A stretch of 38,814 nucleotides of DNA from a bacterium (GTDB taxonomy: Bacteria; Actinomycetota; Coriobacteriia; Coriobacteriales; Coriobacteriaceae): positions 1-38,814 of the forward strand of contig CAVDTO010000002.1 of NCBI GenBank assembly GCA_963611895.1, read 5' to 3'. Positions 27,570-35,890 of the stretch are shown piece by piece. The first letter of the stretch is position 1; every line of letters starts with the position of its first letter. Both the position numbers and the translations under genes were made by a program. Below the pieces are notes generated by a model. That model did no database searches and was not told the DNA's origin. It saw only the letters and a list, made by a program, of their open reading frames with translations.

Positions 27570-28769
27570 CTACTTCTCCTCCTTGGGCGCCATCGCGTTG
27601 TCGACAACGCGGGCCTGGAAGCGCGTGGCCAAAAGGACGACGCAGCCAACGAGGGCGATCGTGCCGGCAACCATGCAGCAGCCCGAGCCGGTGGCGCCGG
27701 CCGTGGCGCCCGCGATGGCGTTGACGAGCGTGGGGCTCACCGTGCCGCCGAGCGAGGAGCCGATGGAGTACATGGCCATCGCTGTGGGGATCAGCGCGGG
27801 AGCGGCGCTGATGGAGATGATGAACGGGCACTGGGCAAAGCCGATGGAGAGCGCAAAACCGATGAAGAACGCGGCCACGAGCGCCACGGCGATGTTGCCG
27901 GCAAGGGCGAAGGCGAACATCGCAGCACCCATGAGGGCGAGGCCCGCGGGCAGCGACACGCGCTGGATGTACTTGAGGAGCTTACCGAGCACGAGGCCCG
28001 CAACGAGGCCGCCGAGCGTGCCCACGGCGTTCACGAGACCGGCCATCGAGGCGTCGCCGAGGCCGTTTTGCTGCAGCACGAGCGCAGCGTTGTTGGGGAA
28101 CGCGCTGTAGACGCAGTTAAACACGAGAATAACGATAGCGGCCACGATGGCGGTGGAGCCGAGACGCTGCTTGCCGTCCTCGGTCTTGGACTCGATCTTG
28201 GTGTCGGCGGCCTCGCCGCGATACATCGGAATGAACAGGGCAGCGAGGATCAAAACGGGAACGGCGATGAGGTAGACAAGGTAGTTCTGCTGCCAGCCGC
28301 CGGCGGCGAGCACGCCGCCCACCATCGTCATGAAGATTGCGCCCACGTTGACGAAGATGACGTTCTGGGCCATGACCGTCTGGCGGTTCTCGGGCGAGAT
28401 GAGCTCGGTGATGAGCACCTGGGTGATGTTGGAGATGAGGCCCACGCCCATACCGACGATGCCCGAGCAGACGAGCAGGAACTCCATGCCGCCGTTAACG
28501 AACGCCGGCAGTAGGCCACCGACGGCCACGCAGAGCGGGCCGCACAGGGCAACGACCTTGCGCGGAACCTTGTTGGCGATCAGCGAGAAGACGACCGCGA
28601 CGACGATCGCCATCAGGCTCGGGATCGCGGTGAGCTGCTGGACCTCGGTTGCGCTCGACTGCGGGAACGCCTGCATGATGAGCGCGATAGACGGCGTGAT
28701 GCCGAGCGATGCCATGGAGAGCAGCGTGAGGGAGAAGATGCCGATTTTGGCCCTCGTGTCCTTTGACAT
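27570..28769 (-). CDS. MFS transporter (12 TMS)
   Basis: Hydrophobic profile; ATG at 28769 after taggag; 3 nt upstream of the GH78 start. Confidence 0.88.
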   Translation of the reverse strand: MSKDTRAKIGIFSLTLLSMASLGITPSIALIMQAFPQSSATEVQQLTAIPSLMAIVVAVVFSLIANKVPRKVVALCGPLCVAVGGLLPAFVNGGMEFLLVCSGIVGMGVGLISNITQVLITELISPENRQTVMAQNVIFVNVGAIFMTMVGGVLAAGGWQQNYLVYLIAVPVLILAALFIPMYRGEAADTKIESKTEDGKQRLGSTAIVAAIVILVFNCVYSAFPNNAALVLQQNGLGDASMAGLVNAVGTLGGLVAGLVLGKLLKYIQRVSLPAGLALMGAAMFAFALAGNIAVALVAAFFIGFALSIGFAQCPFIISISAAPALIPTAMAMYSIGSSLGGTVSPTLVNAIAGATAGATGSGCCMVAGTIALVGCVVLLATRFQARVVDNAMAPKEEK

Positions 28770-29074
28770 GGGAACTCCTAACTTCCGGGTCATAAGAATC
28801 CGGATACAGATGAATCGAGCCGACGGTTTTAGGCAAAGCTCCGCCCTGGCGCCTTTGGGCCCCACTTTTTGAGTTAAGTTGTTTAACCTGGCCTTTTATT
28901 CCGTCTGGCTCTGAACGGTTACTATTTCACCGCAGGCCGTCAAGCTCGACAATTCCGTTAAATCGCTTCAATATTCCCGATTCTTATATTCCGCTGGTAA
29001 ATCGCGGTATACTTCTGCCGGCACTTTGGCGGAACCGCCGCGCCGCAAACCGTTCACCGCCGCTAGGAGGCCCT

Positions 29075-30028
29075 ATGGACGCGCCCTCGTGGAGCAAACG
29101 CCTGCTCACGGAACTCGGCATCCTGCTCTCGGCCGAGCCCGGCGAGGTGCAGAGCGCCATCGAGGAGAACGAGGCGAGCGGCCTCTCCCCCAACCGACTC
29201 TCCTCGTGGACCAAGCACGTCACCGAAAGCCAGATCTTCCTCATCGCGCACGGCATGGACTTCTCCACGCCGGTCCACACGCACGACTACTTTGAGTTCA
29301 GCTACGTGGTCGACGGCTCCATCCTCAACGTCGTCGGCGACAAGCGGCTCTATATGCTCCCCGGGTCGCTCTGCGTCATGAACCTCAACAGCAGCCACGC
29401 GCTGCAGGTCGTCGACAAGAGCGCGATCATCGTGAACCTCTGCCTGCGCAAAGAACTGTTCGACGAGGGGTTCTACCGGCAGTTCCTCGCCATGGACAAT
29501 CCGCTCTCGGCCTTCTTGCGCGGCGACGGCTCCAAGGGCTACCTGTTCTTTGCCGACTCCGGCAACATGGCGCTGCAGCGCGCGTTCTCCGACATCATGG
29601 AGGCCTACAGCTCCGGCGGCTTCAAAACGACCTGCGAGCTCGCGGCCCGCGTGCTCCTGCTGCTCGACCGCCTCTCCAAGACGTCGACCTACAGCTACTA
29701 CGGCATCGACGCCAAGACGGCCACGATCATGGCCTACATCCGCGACAACTGCGATAAGGCGAGCATCCGGCACCTCGCGCGCGAGTTCGGCTACAGCGAG
29801 AACTACTTCACGCAGTACGTGCGCAACCGCACGGGCCGCACGGTCTCGGAGCTCATCGCCGAGGCGCGCGTGGCGCGCGCCGAACTCCTGCTGCGCACGA
29901 CCGACATGAGTGTTGCGGCGATTGCCGAGGCCGTGGGCTACAAGAGCACCGGCCACTTTAACGAGCTGTTCCGCACGCACCACAACATGACGCCCGGCGA
30001 CTACCGCAAGCTCGCGCGGTCTCTCTAG
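29075..30028 (+). CDS. AraC family regulator with cupin sensor domain
   Basis: HTHDYFEFSYV cupin; C-terminal IAEAVGYKSTGHFNELFR and TPGDYRK; RBS aggagg. Confidence 0.93.
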   Translation: MDAPSWSKRLLTELGILLSAEPGEVQSAIEENEASGLSPNRLSSWTKHVTESQIFLIAHGMDFSTPVHTHDYFEFSYVVDGSILNVVGDKRLYMLPGSLCVMNLNSSHALQVVDKSAIIVNLCLRKELFDEGFYRQFLAMDNPLSAFLRGDGSKGYLFFADSGNMALQRAFSDIMEAYSSGGFKTTCELAARVLLLLDRLSKTSTYSYYGIDAKTATIMAYIRDNCDKASIRHLAREFGYSENYFTQYVRNRTGRTVSELIAEARVARAELLLRTTDMSVAAIAEAVGYKSTGHFNELFRTHHNMTPGDYRKLARSL

Positions 30029-30097
30029 CTGACCGTTCGCTCTGGCTGGCCGCGTGATTCAGTCGCTCGCCTGACCCGGTCACTTCCCCGCCACAGC

Positions 30098-30140
30098 AAA
30101 AAGGGCGGCACCGGCAACCTTCTCGTCGCCGGTGCCGCCC
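30098..30140 (-). terminator. Intrinsic terminator of the EF-G paralog
   Basis: 13-bp stem gggcggcaccggc / gccggtgccgccc followed by T5 on the minus strand. Confidence 0.75.
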
Positions 30141-30313
30141 CGTCGCGCTTGGGAGCTATATCTGAACGCTTGCGCGTCCGCTCCTCGAGCGTCCGCAGCT
30201 CGAAGCCGAGCGGCGTGCGCCTACGTGCTCGCGGTCTGCGGCCCACTGAACCGCTGGTCCGCCAGCCGAATCCTCACGCACCGCGCAGCCCTCAGCCCGC
30301 GCTCTCCCGCCGC

Positions 30314-32392
30314 CTACTTGCCGGCGGCGCGGGTCTCCTCGTAGCGCGCCACGAGCTTGGCCTGCACGTCGTGCGGCACCTGCTCGTAGCCGGCCGGCTC
30401 CATGGTGAAGTCGCCCGTGCCGCGCGTGATGCTGCGCAGGCGCGTCGAGTAGTCCGTGAGCTCGGCGAGCGGCGCCACGGCCACCACCACGGTGTTGCCG
30501 CGCGCGTCGGTATCCATACCGGTCACGCGCCCGCGCGAGGCCGAGACGTCGCCCATCACGGCGCCCGCATAGGCCTCGGGGATCGTCACGGTGATCTCTT
30601 CCATGGGCTCGAGCACCACCGGGTCGGCGTCGGCGCAGGCCTTGCGCAGCGCAATGCGCGCGGCTGCGCGGAACGCCATCTCGTTGGAGTCCACGCTGTG
30701 GTACGACCCGTCGTAGACCACCGCGCGGATGCCCGTGAGCGGGTAGCCGGCGATGATGCCGTCCTTCATGGTCTCCTGCACGCCCTTGTCCACAGCAGGG
30801 ATCAGCGAGCGCGGAATGCGGCCGCCCACGACCTCGTCGCCGAACTCGTAGCCCTCGCTCGTGCCGTTCGCACTGAACAGCGGCTCCACGCGCAGCCAGC
30901 AGTCGCCGTACTGGCCGGCGCCGCCCGTCTGCTTCTTGTGGCGCCCCTGCGCGCTCGCGGTGCGGCGGATGGTCTCGCGGTACGGAATGCGGATCGGCAC
31001 GATGTGCGCCGCCACCTTGGTGCGCTCCTCGAGCCTGTTGAGCAGCACCGACACCTGCGCCTCGCCCACCGCCGAGATCACGGTCTGGCCGGTCTCCTCG
31101 TTGCGGTCGATGCTCATGGTCGGGTCGGCCTTGCACGCCTTCTCGATGAACGTGTAGAGCTTCTCCTCGTCGCCGCGGTTCTCGGCCTCGATGGCGATCC
31201 GGTACTGCGAGTTGGGGAACGCGAACGCCGCGGCCTCCACCTTGCCGGTGGCCGAGAGCGTGTCGCCGGTCTCGGCGGCGAGCTTGGGCACCACGATGAT
31301 GTCGCCCGCGTAGGCGTGCTCCACCTCGGTGGTGTCGCGGCCGCACATCACGTAGAGGTGCGCCAGGCGCTCGGCCTTGCGCGTGCGTGCGTTCACGAGC
31401 TCGAGGCCCGCCTGCAGCGTGCCCGTGAGCACCTTGATGAAGCTGATGCGCCCCTGCGCGGAGTCGCCGAGCGTTTTGAACACGAACGCCACGGGGCGCT
31501 CGTCGTCGGAGCTGATCTTGAGCGAGTCGCCGTCGATGAGCGGCATCTCGCCGTAGTCCGTCGGCGCGGGGAAGTACGTGGCGATGTCGTCCATGAGGGA
31601 GTTCACGCCCTGCTCGCGGATGCAGTCGCCCGCGAACACCGGCACGAAGATGCGCTCGGCGATGGCGCGCGCGAGCAGGCCCTCGAGCTCCTCTTGCGTG
31701 AGCTGTCCGCCCTCGAGGTACTTCATCATGAGCTCGTCGTCGGCCTCGGCCACGAGCTCGCAGAGCTTGTCGTGCGCCTCCTCGGCCTGGGCGCGCAGCT
31801 CCTCGGGGATCTCGGACTCAGTCTGGTCGGTGCCGCTGCAGTGGCGCGCCTTCATGCGCACGAGGTCGATGATGCCGTCGAACTTCTCGCCCTCGCCCCA
31901 CGGCAGCGTCACGGCGCCCAGGCGGTTGCCGAACCGCTCCTGCAAAAGGTCCATGGTGGTGGCAAAGTTCGCCTCGGGACGCGAGAGGCGGTTCACGAAC
32001 ACGGCGCGCGCCAGGCGCAGGTCCTCGGCCGCGTACCAGAGCTTGACCGTGGTCGGCTGCGGGCCTGCCTCGGCGTCGACCACGAAGAGCGCGGTCTCGC
32101 ACACGCTCATGGCGGCGTACGCGTCGCCGATGAAGTCGGGGTAGCAGGGGGCGTCGAGCACGTTCACGCGCACGCCCTTCCAGTCGATGGGCGCGATGGT
32201 GGTCGAGATGGAAAACTCGCGTTTGACCTCTTCGGGGTCGTAGTCGAGCGTGGGCTTGGTGCCGTCGTGGCCGCCCAGGCGCTGCGTCTTTCCAGATAGG
32301 TGGAGCATGGCCTCCGCGAGCGAGGTCTTGCCCACCCCGCCTTGGCCTACGAGCACCACGTTCCTCACATTGCCGGTCTTGGGAGCACCCAT
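30314..32392 (-). CDS. fusA: Elongation factor G-like protein (EF-G2 paralog, outside the str operon)
   Basis: Full 692-aa EF-G architecture: IPYRETI, KKQTGGAGQYG, YDGSYHSVDSNEMAF, VLEPM; deviant G motifs, so this is a paralog and not the housekeeping copy. Confidence 0.9.
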   Translation of the reverse strand: MGAPKTGNVRNVVLVGQGGVGKTSLAEAMLHLSGKTQRLGGHDGTKPTLDYDPEEVKREFSISTTIAPIDWKGVRVNVLDAPCYPDFIGDAYAAMSVCETALFVVDAEAGPQPTTVKLWYAAEDLRLARAVFVNRLSRPEANFATTMDLLQERFGNRLGAVTLPWGEGEKFDGIIDLVRMKARHCSGTDQTESEIPEELRAQAEEAHDKLCELVAEADDELMMKYLEGGQLTQEELEGLLARAIAERIFVPVFAGDCIREQGVNSLMDDIATYFPAPTDYGEMPLIDGDSLKISSDDERPVAFVFKTLGDSAQGRISFIKVLTGTLQAGLELVNARTRKAERLAHLYVMCGRDTTEVEHAYAGDIIVVPKLAAETGDTLSATGKVEAAAFAFPNSQYRIAIEAENRGDEEKLYTFIEKACKADPTMSIDRNEETGQTVISAVGEAQVSVLLNRLEERTKVAAHIVPIRIPYRETIRRTASAQGRHKKQTGGAGQYGDCWLRVEPLFSANGTSEGYEFGDEVVGGRIPRSLIPAVDKGVQETMKDGIIAGYPLTGIRAVVYDGSYHSVDSNEMAFRAAARIALRKACADADPVVLEPMEEITVTIPEAYAGAVMGDVSASRGRVTGMDTDARGNTVVVAVAPLAELTDYSTRLRSITRGTGDFTMEPAGYEQVPHDVQAKLVARYEETRAAGK

Positions 32393-32602
32393 GACAGCCT
32401 CCTATCCGCGCAAGCGCCATGCTCGCGCGCTCGAGGAGGGCGCGGGGCGGATGGCTGAGGGAGCAGGCTGAGCGGACTCGCGCCGCCGCGCCATCCGGTA
32501 TCCATGGCCTCACCCTACCCATGGGCCCGGCCGGGCTTGCAGACCTTTCGGCCAGCGCGGCGATTCGGCTTGCGGGGCGGATGCCGGACGGCGGATGGCG
32601 CG

Positions 32603-32722
32603 GGCGTCTCCCCTGCCGAACCGGAACGACGCAAGCAGCCCGGCGAGGGCTACGGCGACGCGCGAAGACCACGGCAAGGCGACTCCCCCGCCGAGCCAGA
32701 CCGCCGCAAACAGCTCGGCAAG
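32603..32722. repeat. Degenerate 45-bp direct repeat pair, 75-bp period
   Basis: 32603-32647 vs 32678-32722, 36/45 identical. Confidence 0.65.
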
Positions 32723-32817
32723 CCCTCGCCCCAAACAAACGACGCCCGCCAGCCCGCTCATCAGCAAGCCGGCGGGCGCATCCCGCAACCAAAAACGCGA
32801 GCAGGAGCGAAAGACGC

Positions 32818-33582
32818 CTACCCGTCCACGCGGGCGAGGAACTCGCGGGTGCGGGCCTCACGCGGATGGTCGATCACCTCGCGGGCCGGGCCCTCCTCCG
32901 CAATGCGTCCGCCGTCCATGAACACCACGCGGTCGGCCACGTCGCGCGCGAACTGCATGGCGTGGGTCACGATCACCATCGTCATGTTCTCGGCCGCAAG
33001 GCCCTTGATCACGCGGAGCACCTCGGCCGTGAGTTCCGGGTCGAGCGCCGAGGTCGGCTCGTCAAAGAACAGCACCTCGGGGTTGAGGGCGAGCGCGCGG
33101 GCGATGCTCACGCGCTGCTGCTGCCCGCCCGAAAGCTCGCAGGGCACCTTGTTCTCGTTGCCCTCAAGGCCCATCTTGGCAATCAGCTCGCGGGCGCGCT
33201 CCTCCGCCTCGGCGCGTGGCTTCTTCTGCACGCGCACGAGCGGGTCGGCGATGTTGCGCAGCACGCTGTAATGCGGGAACAGGTTGTAGTTCTGGAACAC
33301 GAGGCCAAAGTGCGAGCGAGCGCGGGCCGCGGCGTCGCCCTTGGCGTAGACCGCACGGCCGTCCTCGTCGCTCGCCACGGCAACCTCGCCAAACGAGAGC
33401 GAGCCGCCGTCGAGCGTCTCGAGCATCGTGGCGCAGCGCAAGAGCGTCGACTTGCCGCCGCCCGAGGGGCCGATGATCGCCACGACCTCGCCGCGCTCGA
33501 CCTCGAGCGTGATGCCCTTGAGCACCTCGTTCTCACCGAACGCCTTGCGAGCGTTCTCGAGTTTCATAACGTAATCAGCCAT
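32818..33582 (-). CDS. Polar amino acid ABC ATP-binding protein
   Basis: [29 protein letters not shown]. Confidence 0.93.
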   Translation of the reverse strand: MADYVMKLENARKAFGENEVLKGITLEVERGEVVAIIGPSGGGKSTLLRCATMLETLDGGSLSFGEVAVASDEDGRAVYAKGDAAARARSHFGLVFQNYNLFPHYSVLRNIADPLVRVQKKPRAEAEERARELIAKMGLEGNENKVPCELSGGQQQRVSIARALALNPEVLFFDEPTSALDPELTAEVLRVIKGLAAENMTMVIVTHAMQFARDVADRVVFMDGGRIAEEGPAREVIDHPREARTREFLARVDG

Positions 33583-33605
33583 GGGAACCTCCCAGTACAG
33601 GTAAT

Positions 33606-33751
33606 GTCAGCGAGCGCGCAGCTGTTGAGGCAAGGTGACGCGAAAGAGGAGCGCCGCGTGCTTCGCACGCAAGCGACGGTTTGAGCGCCATATTGGCCAA
33701 CAGATGCGGGCGCAGCGTCGGCCGGTCCGCCGTTCGCTAGAACGGCGGAAC
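33606..33751. repeat. Structured dispersed element, copy 2, filling an intra-operon gap
   Basis: Collinear with 12373-12520, with compensatory changes. Confidence 0.85.
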
Positions 33752-33755
33752 ACCC

Positions 33756-34409
33756 TTAGTCGTGGTAATAATCGAGCTTCTTCTCGCACTGCGCGAGCAC
33801 CAGCTCGACCACAAAGTTGAACACCCAGTAGATCGCGGCGGCGATGGCGAACGGCACCATGCTCACCTGCGAGGCCACGAGCGCCTTGGCCGTGGAGAAC
33901 ATCTCGGCCACGCCGATCGCAAAGGCCAGCGAGGTGTCCTTCACCAGCGTGATGATCTCGTTGCCCATGGCCGGCAGAATGCGCTTGAACACCTGCGGTA
34001 GCACGATGTAGAAGAACGTCTGCCCCTTGGTGTAGCCGAGCACCTCGGCGGCCTCGTACTGGCCGCGCGGAATCGACTGCAGGCCCGAGCGGTAGATCTC
34101 GGCAAAGTACGCTGCGTAGTTGATGATGAACGCCACGATGCACGCATACCACTTGGAGTCGGTGGTCAGCTGAATGCCGAACACGTAGTAGGGCGCAAAG
34201 TAGATGGCAAACATCTGCAGCATGAGCGGGGTGCCGCGCATGATGGAGATGTACACGCGCGCGATCCAGCGCAGCGGCGGGAACTTGCTCATGCGCAAGA
34301 ACGCGAGCGGGATCCCAAGCGGCACGGAGCCGAGCAGCGTCAGGGCAAATACCTGCAGCGATACCCAAAAGCCCTGGATGAGCATCTGCATCATGACCTG
34401 TATGGACAC
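33756..34409 (-). CDS. Polar amino acid ABC transporter permease
   Basis: MRGTP, GQYEAAEVLG, VLPQ, VKDTSL; GTG start after gaggga. Confidence 0.95.
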   Translation of the reverse strand: MSIQVMMQMLIQGFWVSLQVFALTLLGSVPLGIPLAFLRMSKFPPLRWIARVYISIMRGTPLMLQMFAIYFAPYYVFGIQLTTDSKWYACIVAFIINYAAYFAEIYRSGLQSIPRGQYEAAEVLGYTKGQTFFYIVLPQVFKRILPAMGNEIITLVKDTSLAFAIGVAEMFSTAKALVASQVSMVPFAIAAAIYWVFNFVVELVLAQCEKKLDYYHD

Positions 34410-34528
34410 GCGTCCCTCACTTTCAAGCGCGCGCCCGGAGCCGCCATCGCGGCCCCGGGCATCACATGCAATCTTGCGCTTTGTCGCACATTCGGCTGGT
34501 GCTCAAACGCGCCGACCGCATCGTTGTT

Positions 34529-35389
34529 CTATTTGAGAATCCAGTTGTCGAAGCTCATGCCGTAGCTCGCGTACTTCTCGCAGAGCTCCTTGACGGTGCC
34601 GTCGGCATAGAGCTCCTTGAGGCTTTCGTTCACGGCCTTGGCGGTCTTGGTGTCGCCCTTCTTAAAGCCGACCGCGTAGTGCTCCTCCGAGAGCGGCTTC
34701 TCGAGCTGCGTGTACGCATCGGGCTTGGCGGCAAGCTGGTAGGCCGCGATCGAGAGGTCGCAGGCCACGGCGTCGACCGCGCCCGACTCGAGCTGCATGA
34801 AGGCGGTGTTGTAGTCGCCGATGGTCTGAACGGCACCGCCCGCAAAGGTGGCGGTGAGCTTCTTCTGGTCGCCCTCGAGCACGTCCTGCGCGGCGGAGTC
34901 GGTCTGGGTCACGACCGTCTTGTCGGCAAGGCCCTTCCAGTTGGAGATGCCGCTGTCCTTCTTTACCACGATGACCTGCTCGTTGAGCATGTAGGGCTCG
35001 GAGAAGGTGTACTGGCCCTCGCGGCCCTCCTTGGTAAAGCCGTTCCAGATGCAGTTGATGGCGCCCGAGTTGAGCAGCGTGTCCTTGGCGTCCCAGTCGA
35101 TGGCCTCGAGCTTGACCTTCCAGCCCTGCTTGTCGGCAACAGCCTGGGCGAGGTCGAGGTCAAAGCCGGTGAACTCGCCGTCGTCGCCCTTAAAGCCGTA
35201 GGGCGGGTACTCCTGGTCAAAGCCCACCACGAGCTTCTTGGTCTTGGCAGCGCCCTCGACCTTCTTGGACGAGCTGGCAGCAGAGCCGGCGCTCCCGGAG
35301 CCGCCGCAGCCCGTAAGGCCGAGGCCCGCCACAGCGGCGAGGCTTCCGGCGAGTCCGATGAATCCGCGACGAGAGATGTTCGCGTTCAT
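34529..35389 (-). CDS. Amino acid ABC substrate-binding lipoprotein (family 3) with Tat signal
   Basis: SRRGFI, LTGC lipobox, GFDQEYPPYGF, IDWDAKD, IWNGFT. Confidence 0.92.
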   Translation of the reverse strand: MNANISRRGFIGLAGSLAAVAGLGLTGCGGSGSAGSAASSSKKVEGAAKTKKLVVGFDQEYPPYGFKGDDGEFTGFDLDLAQAVADKQGWKVKLEAIDWDAKDTLLNSGAINCIWNGFTKEGREGQYTFSEPYMLNEQVIVVKKDSGISNWKGLADKTVVTQTDSAAQDVLEGDQKKLTATFAGGAVQTIGDYNTAFMQLESGAVDAVACDLSIAAYQLAAKPDAYTQLEKPLSEEHYAVGFKKGDTKTAKAVNESLKELYADGTVKELCEKYASYGMSFDNWILK

Positions 35390-35580
35390 GATGTTCCTTC
35401 CCGAGTACTTTAGTTTGCTAAAGTGGCGTGTTCAACGGTCAGAATCATACACTTTAGCCAAGTGGAGTACAAGGCGCGCAACAAAGGCTTCTTATGACCG
35501 TCCGGCCCGAGAGATAGGGCGAGACCCACTGCTCGGGCAGTCCTGCTCGCCGGCGGCGGGGGCCCGTCCGGCCCGAGCGT

Positions 35581-35705
35581 CCGGAATAAAGATCTGCTGC
35601 TCGAACAGTCCTGCTCGCACGGAGAGCACATTAAGTGCTCTCCGGCTCGTGCGGAACTCGCGACAGACCTTTATTCCGGCCACTCGCGCCTACCGCGACT
35701 CGATT
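35581..35705. repeat. REP/REPIN-like structured element, left copy
   Basis: Core palindrome ggagagcac-attaa-gtgctctcc inside outer stem ccggaataaagatctg / cagacctttattccgg; 35606-35663 is the exact reverse complement of 38757-38814. Confidence 0.9.
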
Positions 35706-35790
35706 AGCAGCGGGGACCCAGCGAAGGCGTCCTACGCTTAACCGCCTACGGCCCTCGGACCAACCGCATATCACGGACAGCATCCCCCTG

Positions 35791-35828
35791 AAAAAGAGCG
35801 GCCAACCCGTTTGGATTGGCTGCTCTTT
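35791..35828 (-). terminator. Intrinsic terminator of the surface protein gene
   Basis: aaagagcagccaatcc-aaac-gggttggccgctcttt extending into a T run on the minus strand. Confidence 0.75.
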
Positions 35829-35890
35829 CTACGCTGACATGACTTCGTTCGAATGGTGGTCGCGTTTTACGTTCGCTATGGGCTATGGAA

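Noticed and set aside
35390..35530. T-box or riboswitch upstream of the amino acid ABC operon
   Set aside because: A TATGAT -10 lies ~55 nt from the start, leaving no room, and no T-box consensus is present
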